Shown: piece by piece, positions 45,379 through 57,300 of the stretch
Layout: each line of letters starts with the position of its first letter
How positions within the stretch are numbered: the first letter of the stretch is position 1
DNA from: an uncultured virus (IMG/VR IMGVR_UViG_3300027785_001786)
Lineage: Duplodnaviria > Heunggongvirae > Uroviricota > Caudoviricetes
Reading direction: 5' to 3' (one strand)
Virus record (IMG/VR): IMGVR_UViG_3300027785_001786
Length of the DNA stretch: 64,000 nucleotides
Notes under the pieces: generated by a model
Told to the model about the DNA's origin: nothing
The model's input: only the letters and a program-made list of their open reading frames with translations
Databases searched by the model: none
Made by a program: the position numbers and the translations under genes

Positions 45379-48300
45379 TATACTCTCCCTACAGCAACTT
45401 GGATAATTCCAGCTTCGCCGTTGTCTTTGTCTTCCAGTGCTTTACCAATAATGCTACCTAGTTTTGGATCTGTAGCTCGCACAGCATAACCCGGTGTACT
45501 GGATGTTGTCAGCATGTCGCCTTTCTTCACACGACCCACTACCTTACATGGCACACGACCTGCCAATGCTAAACAAACACGCATGCCAGTTTGTGCATCG
45601 TTCATCACGTATGCTGGATTGGTTGTTACAACACCTGCTGAACGTGTGTCGTTCATTTCACCAGTGGTAGTAACTTCTTTGTCTCCACCAAACACCAACA
45701 CAGTACCTGGTTCGTATTCCTGATCACCTTCATAATATTCTGCCAAGTCAGCATAGGTAGCTTGTAGTTTACTTGCACCACTTAAAGTGTAAGTACCCTG
45801 CATTGTACAACCAGTAGCATCTGCGCCTGTTGATATAGTGGCCACTTTCAAAGTAACCAAACTTGCATCAAGCAAACTACTGGCCGCAAATTGCCACTGT
45901 CCGGTAATTGTACCTGCTGTGCCCGATGCACCAGTTGTTAAAGTCTTACTTTGTAGTGTAGCACCTGTTTGACTAAAATCGCTTGTACCGTAGAATGTAT
46001 TGGTAGAACTTGAAGTTCCCACAGCAGTTAAGAATTTAAAGTTACCTGGTGTATAAAATTCCAACGTTGTACTAGCAACTTGTAAAATGTTGCCACTTGT
46101 AGGTAACGAACTTATTTTAATACCTTTAACATCAACAACACCGCCACTGTCTGTTTGTACCAACATGTTGTTAGCACCGGTAGCAGTGATACCAATAACT
46201 CCGTATGCTTTGACACCAGTTCTAATAACAGCACCAGTTGAAGTTGCCAGTGTACCAGTACCACCAACTGGTATTGTAGTGCTATTTCCAGTTGATGAAA
46301 TATCTTGATTACGTATACCATCACCGTTGGCCACCATGGCCTGTGTAGTGGTAACACTGACTGCCGCAGCCACGCCGCTGATATTGGCCAACACACTGTT
46401 ACCAGTAATCCATTGCAACTTAGTTGATGGAACACCAGTTGACGTACTGGTTGAAGTTTGTAATGTTACCCAGCCGTCAGTAACAGTAAATTGACTACTG
46501 TCGTATTGACTTACACCAGTTGCGGCTTGTAGTGCGTCTATATCAATAGCAGTACCGGTGCCGCCACCAATTGTAAATGCTTGGAAAATTGTACCAGCAG
46601 TTCCAGCAGTAGCACCTGCCCATAAAGCAGTTCCTGGTGCAGTCCAGTTTGTAGTTCCCACTGTAGCAATTCTGTAACGTTTTCCTACAACAAAACTTCC
46701 TGCGGTAACTGTTACCAATGTCGGAACAGCACTAATTGTAGCAGTGGCCAAGTTCATTCCCAACTTGCTTTGTGCAATGGCCGCTGTTGCGCTGACCTTG
46801 CCGTCATTCACAGCACCGTTGCGGGTAAATGCTAATCTACCGCTTGGTGTTGTGTTATAAACCGCACTCATTGAAACTACACTGGCATTGATACTTCCGG
46901 TTACAACTTGGCTTCCAGTATATCCAGTACCACTAACGATCATTCCAGGAATAATGCCAGTTGAACTGTTTAATGTCAATAAGAAAACACTTCCGCCTGT
47001 ACATGTTGATACTTGTGGAATATTAATCAAGTATGTTCCAGCTCCGCCAGTGCCAGTAACTGAGGTAGTTGTTAATCCAGTATCAACAATATATGTTCCT
47101 GCTGTTACAGTACCACCAGTTAACATCATACCCTTTTGTACTGTGACTGTTGGACTTCCAGAAACAGTCAATATATTTCCACTAATGGTGGCACTAAATG
47201 TTCCAGTAGCCGCAGTACCACCACTAACATAGGTTGCATATACAACAGCACCTTGAATTGTACTAGTTAATGTGATGCCGTCCCAGTTTATGGTTAAATC
47301 ACCAGCTTTATCAAATGCCGCATTTGTCCATGCGCCTGACTGTAAGTTGTTATTAGCGTTGGTGAATCCCCAAACAGCAATTTGATTTTGTGCAACATTA
47401 AATTGCATACTTGATGCAGTATCTTTTAATTTAAAGAAACTGTCACGAGCATTAACAACGTTATCAACATACAGTTTGTTAGTGGCATCAGAATTTAAAA
47501 TTGGCAAGCCCATGCTACCAACTGTAAAGCCTCCCATTGACATATTGCCCTTCATTGGCAACTGCCCACTTAGGTTCATGTAACCAGAACCAATCAACGC
47601 TGTGGCAGGAGTTGTAGCACCTGAGTGTTGTACACCCAGCCTGTTGTCAATGTATCCACGTACCGCACTCTGCGTTGGCACAGTATCTGAAGCATCGTTG
47701 GTCATTGACGAGTCAGTTGAAAATTCACTAACTGTAACACCACGTTTAAATCCTAGTCCGTCCAAGTTGCTCAACGCAATTGAAGCTGAGAATGTAACTG
47801 TACCAGTACCTTGGTCAACTGTAAAGAATCTGCCCACACGGAAGATACCGTTTTGGTCAGTGGTTACATAGAACACACGACCAACTGTTTCTTCAAGCAC
47901 TTCGTTTGTTTGGTCTGCCTTCTGATACGGGTTACCAAAAATTTGATATGGATAGTTGGTAGTGTTATAACCGCCTGTACCAATGTCCAACAAGTCATGT
48001 GCTGAACAACGAGTAGTACTAATACGTGTTGTAATTTGTGCGGCAGTGCCAGAAAGGTAACCGGCACGTAACGGCTGTGCCACAGTGCTGTTCATCGGCC
48101 GACTAATACCAGTAATAATTGGTGTAAGTATCACAGGACTAGCAGTTTGTGACGGTGCTGTAAACGTTATGTTTCCGGTTGGAGTGCCACTTGGAGGAGC
48201 ACTAACAGTTAATGTAATTCCATCAGCATTGATATTTGTAACAAATTGACCTAAGAAGAAGCCGCTAGTTCCACCGCCTCGAACAATGTCACCTATAGCA

Positions 48301-51300
48301 ACACCTGTTGAGCTTGCAACTTTTAATGTTGTACCTACACTTCCTGATGGGTTATATGTACTAACCACTGTTGATTCTGGATCTACAGAATACGCCAGTG
48401 TTATACTAGTAAGTGAACTAGCAATGCATTGAACAAATTTGTTATAATCACTATTTCCATTTCCAGACACCTGATAGAATGTATCAACAATTGGAGCAAC
48501 ACTTTGAGTTGGAATTTCCAAAGTGGTGTACCATGGCCCGGCAACGCTACTTAATTCTGTAAATCCTAAAACTCCAAATGGCGTACTATCTGGAGATGCA
48601 CTCAACACTATTGTGGTAACTGGGGCCCCGCTAGTGCTTGCTGTTGCACTAACAACAGTTTGCCCGCTAGTGAATCCAGAACCAAATACTGACATGCCTG
48701 CTTTGATAAATTGTGTTCTATCACTGGTGTAGACTGTAATACTTGTACTTAAATTGTTGTATGTTAAAAATTGTCCTGTAGCAGTAGCAGTAGCAGTGGC
48801 ATTTAATACGACTGTGTTGGTTGTACAAGTTACTGTGACTGGACTACCACCGCCATTTGCTTGATTACTCATTACAATAGTGCTTGCACCAGTATTCAAC
48901 GAAATAATAACTGTACCAGCTACAATGCCAGTGCCACTAACTGGAGCACCTACCACTAGGTTAGTAAAACTGCCGACCGATGTTAGCGTAGCACTACCAT
49001 TAGTTGGTGTTGCAGTAAATGTTGTTGTACTGCTTGTACTTGCAACAGTGTTGTCTGAACGTGCAGTAACTGGAGCTTGTGTTAATGTAAATGTTGCGCC
49101 AGCAGTAGCAGTACCGATAGTTGTTGTTAAATCAAATACCGGTGTACTTGCAGTGGCTTTTGTAAATGAACTGGTAAGTTGAATACTGGTAGCACTGTTT
49201 ACTTTACCAATGTAATATGTTGTGCCAGTGGTATATCCACCAATACCGCCTGCACTGAATGTGCCAGTAACAGTGATAGCTTGTCCAACGGTATAAGTTC
49301 CGCTAGTTACTGTGGCAGTTCCTACCAAGTCTGCAATTGCAAACGAAGCAATAGTGGTTGTGGCCGCCACTGAAGTAATTCCAGTTACTGCGGCTCCGCC
49401 AAATGTTGCTGAAATAGTGATAGCATTGGTAGCAATGGTTTTGACATAGTACTGTGCTTGGTTAACAGCCGTGGCCAGTGTGAACGTCATGTCGTTGGTG
49501 CTGGTACTGCCACCCAACAGCGCACCATCAATTGTAATGGTATCGCCCACTACGTAACCAACACCCTGAGCAACTAATGTGATAGTGGTAAATCCGCTGT
49601 ATGCTGTGCCAGCACCAGTTTTGGTAATAGTAAATGTTGCGCCAGTGCCTTTGCCACTGCTGGACTTTGTCACCACCGCAGTATAAGTGGCCGCACTTGT
49701 AACACTGACACCTGATATAGGTGTATATGTGGTTGAACTGTTTAATCCGCCCCTAACAGGTATTCCACCAAATGTTGCTGTTGATGCTTGAAATGTGATT
49801 AAATTACCAACACTTAACAGTGTACCATTGTCTACTGTAATAGTGCTTGGGCTAGTTGTGCTGACCGCAGACACAGCGACCTGACTATTTAATCCTACTC
49901 CTGCAATGCTTGTTCCAGCACCTAAATTGGTTAAACTGTTTACACCGAGAATACTTGCACTACCACTTGTGATGTTACCTAGGAAACTACCTGTTGGAAC
50001 ATAAGTTGCGGCCACTTGCCCTCTACTTTGTATTCTTGTAATGGTAATTGGATTAGCATCTGTACTTGTGATACTGTATTTGATTGCACCCAGAGTAATA
50101 AACGGTATCGTTGATTTAGTAAATGTTAAAACTCCGCTTGGGGTACTTGTTGGGCCGGCAGTTAATACAACAGTATCGCTAATCCTTGCATAAGTAAGTC
50201 CGGATGGTGTTCCTGCACTACTTGTAATAAACACTGGAGTTTGCGCAATAGCATTTGCATATGAACTGGCTAATTGAATACTGGTAGCACTGTTTACTCT
50301 ACCGATGTAAAAAATAATGCCGGCAGTCATATTGCTGGTTGCGCCAGAACTGTATGTGGTACCTCCTACTGTCAGTGATCCAGTGCTACCAAATGTTCCA
50401 GTTATAGTGATAGCTTCACCGACCACATACGTTCCACTAGTTACGGTTACAGTTCCTACTGTATCAGCAATCACAAATGAAGCAATATTATTTGATGAAA
50501 TACTCAAAACAGATTGACCACTGGTAAATCCAACAGCACTGACTATCATGCCTGTTAAAATACCCGAAGTACTACCATATGTAAATGTAGCACCACTACC
50601 AGTACTCACAGCGGCCGCACTTAGAGCAATGCTGGAAGACCCTGTATTGATACTGATAATTGTAGTTCCAGCAGGAATACCAAATCCTGTGATTAATTCT
50701 CCAACCACAAGTCCAGTAAAGCTACTTACAAATGTAACAGTAGACGAGGCACTGGCAATTGTTCCAGTAAATGTTCCACCAATAACTAAAGTAGTTCCGC
50801 TAGATCCAGTTGGATTGTATCCTGTAATAACTGTAGTTGTTATAGGTGCAGTGTAACTGGTAATTCCGTGTACTTTACCACCAAATGCAAAAGCGTATGT
50901 GCCTTTATTAACTTGGTCAATATTTTGTTGCGGGCCAAATGCAGTTACCGCAATGCGTGTGTCGCCTGGTGTGGCCCCCATGGTTTTTGCACCGCCGTCA
51001 ACTGGGTCGGGCTTTGTGATATTTCCAGTGTCTGCTTGGAATAGATAGTAGGAAAATGATTGGTCAGTACTTAAAATAGCCTGGAAAGCTGGCAATATTT
51101 CGTTAGTGGCTTCTGTCAAGTTGTATGTTAAAACACGATAGATACTGCCCAAGTTATCAGTAAATTGAACAGCAGTACTTGGACGGGTTGGGTTTACGTT
51201 GTCAATTTCATAAAACTTGAAGTTTTGTAACATACGCAGTTGGACCAGCTGGCCGTCATACAATGGAGCGGCCAAACCAGTGCTAGATGTTCCACCCGAC

Positions 51301-54300
51301 CCGCTTGTGCTTAGTGTTAACAAGAGAACATTTTGTCCGCCAATTGTGGCACTTGTATATGCACTGGATGTTTGAATTGCGGTTACTGTACCAGCAGTGG
51401 GAGTTGTTCCTCCTACCACTGCGTATGTGATACTTGTGCCTGAAACGATACTGGTAATAACAATTGTTGTTGGAGTACCACCAAACAATGTACCAGTACC
51501 TGCTGTGGCACTCAGGGTATTACCAACACGCATACCAGTAGTTGAAGTTATTCCAGTAATGGTCGCAGTCCATGGAGCACCTGATGTGCCACTACCTGCA
51601 ATAGTTCCAACAGTGCCGGAACCAAACAACGGAGTTACGATGATATTAAAGTTTGAATACACACCAATAGCACTGCTTGATGTAGAGAATAAATTGTTGT
51701 ATACTGCACTACCACCAGTTACAGCATTTCCAGTATAGATAAATGTTGCAAGGGCAGTGTTCACGATTCCAGTTACATAAGCAGTTAAGTCGTTGCCCGC
51801 ATTACTGCTGAATGTTGATCCTGATGCTGTTGCACTGGCAACATTACTTAGAATAACAGTGTTGCCTCCTGTAGTTGCCAATGCTGTTGTTCCAAACGGA
51901 ATATTAGGGCCTGTGATAGTGGCACCGTTAAAGTAATAAGTTGTTGCTGATCCACCACTTGAACCTGGATCAACAGTGTAACGCAATGTTATACTGGTCA
52001 GTGTACTACCAACACATACAAATGTTCCATTGTAATCAGTATTGGAATTGCCAGCAATAGTGAATAATCCACCAACCAATGGTATGGTAGTTACTGCCGC
52101 AGTGGTAAATGTAACAAATACGTTTGGAGCAGTTCCTGTTTTTGCTAGATAGGTAGCTGATGTTGTTACTGGTGCTTGGATTGTTGTGTAATTTACAGTA
52201 CTAAACACTCCAGGGTCACTAGCATAACTTATTGTAATAGTGGTAAATGTACTCGAAGATACAGTATTGCTACCATTATAGCTGGTATTGGAATTGCCGC
52301 TGATTACATATCCGCTGGACGGTGTTGGAGCAGATAGCTGAGTTGGAATATTAAATGTTACTAAGTAAGGACCTGTTCCTGTTTTGCTTACATAACCTGT
52401 AACCAACAATGCTGGGCTTGTGCGTATTGCGGCCAATGTGCCAGCACTGGCAATAAAGTTAGTATTCAAAGCAGTGTTACCACTAAATGAACTTGAAACT
52501 CCTCCAAGACTTGCACCGCTAACAATTACTGTATCACTAAAATACAAAGTTCCGCTTGGAGTGGAGTCTGGAGATCCGTCCAATGTTAAAGTGATACCGT
52601 CTAGACTAATGCCTGTAACTTTTTGGTTGCGTGTGAATCCAGTTCCAGTTACAGTTTGTCCAATTTTAATATTTGCTGTGCTGTTAACAGTCATAGTAGT
52701 ACTTGCAGTGCTACCTGTGGCAAATGTTGCTGATGCATAAGCATAGTTAGAACCAACACTACCAGTTGGCACATAAACTGTTGTATGGCTAACTGAGTTA
52801 ACCTGATAACGTACGATACCTTTACCAGCTAACGAATGATCAATTTCTAATTCTGTGATTTGAGTTGGATAATAATCGTAAGAATAAACGTACACGCTGA
52901 TAGCCGCAGTATTCATGTTGCCGTAGAACGCATTACCGGTTGAACTTTGTGGTAATGTTGTTGGATTAAAGATACGTGCAGTTTGCATCAAGTTTTGTGC
53001 AAGTGAAACTGTGTCTGGTTTTTCAGTCACATCGTATCCGCTGGCACGTAACGCATACTGACCGTGTGCGCTTGAGCTACCAACAGAACGAATCTGCCCA
53101 CCATTCAAGGCCCAAAACGCTGTCCAACAGTAGTATGTGAATGTTGAAACTTGTTCAGTGAGACCGCCGTTGGTTGCAAGAATAGCATAGCCCAAGTCAT
53201 TAATCATGGCAAAGTCATTAGCCAACATGGATTTATTACCAGCCATTTCAATATTAATTTTTTGTCCAGCGCCCCCAAGCCATGGTGTTTGAGCACCAAG
53301 ATTTAATTGAACAGTTCCGCCAATAACATTTCCATTCACATCAAATGTTTGTGCATAATTGCTTACAGTATTAATCTGATAACGGCCGCCACGCACAAAG
53401 AATGCACTAGGAGTTTGGGGAGCACGTATGTCTAATCCACTATTAACACCGCCTGTTACAATTAATGTAAATCCGTCAACACTTGCGAATGTTATTTGTC
53501 CAAACAAACGTCCGGCAAATCCATCTACAAATTGTCCACCGGCAAAAACTTGTTTGTTTTGGCTTCGGCTAAAACTGGTAGCAACCTGTCCATACGGTGA
53601 TTTAGATTTGATTTGGCCTTCTGGATCCAGCACCATCATAAATCCGCCATGACCTTCACCGGTCATGTTGTTCATACGTACAGCATTACCGCATAAAAAT
53701 ACGTCAATGTCTCTATTGTTCTTTGGAGTACTGTTTATATCCGCCGGGTCAGTCAAATAATGACGTCCGTAGTTTTTAGTTTCATAGAGATGCCATGAAG
53801 TAGGTGCAAGAACACCAAACGATATAGAACTCACACTGGCCTGCGCCCCGCTGGTCGCTCCAATAATAGCACCGTTGGTGTTTGACATGATGCCCGAAGT
53901 AACTTTATAAGTTAACTGTGTTGCTGTTGCTGAAATAACAACGCCAGTAGCACTGGATGTTGTTCCGCTTTGTGCAATTGTTTCGCCTACTGCAAATGTA
54001 AAAGCATTTGTATAGTTAATTGTTGCTACCGCTGTTTGTGTAAACGGATACATCACTGTGGCATTCATGAAGTTACCAGATACACTGTCAACTACTGCAC
54101 GACCAGGCTTGCCGTTGCTGTCTAATACATCCGATTGGAATACATAGCCTAGATAACTGACACTGACCTGTGTGTTACTACTCAATGTAATAATAATTTT
54201 GCCAACAGTTCCGCTGATAGTCGCTGTAACTAATGGTCCGATAGTTGAAACAGTACTTGTGCCATATGTTCCTGGATCACTTGCATAACGCAATGTAATT

Positions 54301-57300
54301 TGTGTAGTAGAACTTGCAACACAAGTGAATGTTCCATTATAAGACAAGTTTGTATTGCCAGCAACCGTATATGTTAATAAGGTGCTGGGGGTAAATGTTT
54401 GCGTAGGTATATTAAACACAACATCGTATGCACCACTACCAACACTGGTCTTGCTTACAAAACTAATGAGGTTTGTAGATGGAACATAGTCAACACTGTT
54501 ATCAATAGGACCAATCTGCATACCGTCAATGACTGAATCGCGGTAGAAGAATAGTTTACGCCATGGACTTTGACTAACTCGATCCAATGGTCGAATAATT
54601 GTTCTACGGAATTCATCACCTTTGATTGAAACGTTGGCGGTTAATCGTATTGGGTAATCTTCGTTGTAAATACCAGCTTCAACAAATATAACAATTTGCA
54701 ATGCACCGACACTTTCAGCAAATTCTAATTCTTCATTATTTGCTTGGTCAAAGAATCCAGGTTGTAGTAACTGGCAAGTGATTGTGTCATTTGATGCACC
54801 AGTTAATGATCCAGGACTATAGCTTAATATATTTGCTGTGGCACCAGAAGAACCACCTCGTAAAATTTTTCCTGGCAAAATATTAAAATCACCAGGAGGG
54901 CATTGGTCAACATAGCCGTTGCCGCCGTTGGTAAATGTAATGGTATAGATACCTGTTCCAAAGTCTGGTGTAGGTGCAACACCTACACCATTAACTACAA
55001 TGCTTAACATAATAGCATAGTTGTTGGTAAATGTGGTAATAGCTGTAATGGTAAAAGTTAATGCGCCGCTTGGTGTACCATTAGCGGCCGCACTTAATGT
55101 AAGTTGATTTCCATTCACCGCAGTAACAACTTGTCCAGCAGTATATCCAGTGCCCGATACGGTCATACCAACTTTGACAGTTCCACTTATGCTGGTAACA
55201 TTCAATGTAGTGCTGGATGATGTTGAATATGTAGCAGATGCAGTGTATCCTCGATTTGCATCTTTACTACCGTCCACGGCCTGCGTTACCAACACTTGAT
55301 AACGACTTGCAACTGTTTGATTTAAAACTTGCAATCCTAAAGTTCTAGCATATTGAATACCATCGAGAGTTTCTGTCAACTGTGTTGTAATAGCTAGCCT
55401 AGCACTGGCACTTTTGTAATAACTCTTACCAGCATTGATACTTTGATATGTGCCACCACTTAACAGATCAATGCTCATGGCATCAACAATATATCCCACG
55501 TCTCTGCGACAAAGGGCTTCGTTATAGTTGAAGCCGCCTTTGTATTTTTCATTTAAGTAAGTTGTGGTTGACTGTGCAACTGTTAATGCATTGGCTAAAA
55601 TTGTAGAACGCACTGCAACATAACCTGTACTAGCATATGAACTATTGGTTAAATCTGGTGTTGCTGTAACCAAGTTGGGAGGATTAAGATCTATTACATT
55701 AATAATTCTATCCCACTTGGTATTCATAGCGGTAACAGCACCAGCTCCATCTGTATAAGTTCCGCTGGTTGTTTGAGCCAATTCAAATGTAGTGGTGGTT
55801 GCAATACTCCATGTACCAGGATCACTTGGGTAAGAAATTGTTGTACTGGTTGATGTACTGGCAGTTACTACGAATGTCCCGTTGTAACCAGTATTTGAGT
55901 TGCCGGCCACTGTAATTTTTTCACCAACTGGGATTGGTATAATTCGAGTAGGTGTAGATAGTCTAACTAGATAAGGGCCCGATCCGGCCTTGGATATAAA
56001 TGTCGCTGTCTTGGGTAAAATACTTTGATACAGCGCACTTGGTGGATTGTTACCGATGATAGAAGCAGATATTGTTTGCAGATAACTAAGACTGGCTACC
56101 TTGGCTGCTTTTTCAGTTGGATCAATAGCACTGGTATATACTGTTAGCGCATTTACTACTGCACTGGTCCAAAATTGATTGGCCGCAGTAGTTGAGCCAC
56201 TTAACCCGCCGTAAGTCAAATCATAGGCCACTGCTTCCACAAGCAATTGCACATCTTTCTGCCATTGTATTTGGCCGTCAGCATCAACATAATTTAGTGA
56301 TGCGTAATTTTGTTTGATCCAACCAGTAACTTCTGCTGATATAAATCCAACGTTGGCCAATAATAATTGAGATGCACTATTAAATGGAGACCCTAATGAA
56401 GAAGGCGCAACTAATGATACACTTGTTCTATTTGCCAAGCTGAACAACAGTGTATTAGTAATTGTATTGAACAACGCGGTAATCTGCGTGATAGCAGTTG
56501 CATTATTAATATATGGATATGTGTTGTTAACAAACGTTATGGTATTGGTAATTGCTGAAGTTTTTGCAGAATTAATATTTCCATAAACTGTTACCAGTGT
56601 TGCGGCACCTGCGGCATAATTTGGCGGCGTAACAGCAGGCGCATTGTTAGCTGATATCAACCCTGCCCATGTTGCTGTTGTTGTAACTTGTGTATTTGTT
56701 AATGTAATTGCCGAGCCGCCCGACGATGATGAAATTTTGAAACGTGTGGCATCTGTAATTTCAATTACATAGTAAGCTGTGCCGCCAGTAATGCCGCCAA
56801 AGTAAGGAGTAATAGTTGTTGCACCACCTCCATAAACACCAGGATCATTAGGATAGCTAAGGGTAACTGTTGTAGGTGTAGAACTGTTAACAGCAAAATT
56901 ACCGTTGTAACTGGTGTTGGCATTGCCGGCCATGGTAAATGATGTGTTAGCTAAAGGTTGCACAGTCCATGCTGGTACTGCAAACGTTACCAAGTATGGG
57001 CCTGAGCCTGACTTACTTTGGAAACCAGTAACAGTTATAGCAGATGCTAGGTCAAAAGTTAACAACATACCAGCAGTCATATTTGTTGTGCTAGCAGTTG
57101 TAATTCCACTAATGCTATTAGTAGCAGTAATTGTAAATGTAGTGCCTGAAATAAGTGCAACTAAATTTGAAATAGTTGGGCCTTGTGCCGCGCCGCCAGT
57201 GTATGTTTGATTCTGATACTGATTAACACTGTTTTGATAAACTTGTGCTGGTCCAACATTATTAATAATTGCTTGCGCCAGCGTATTGATATATGCAATG

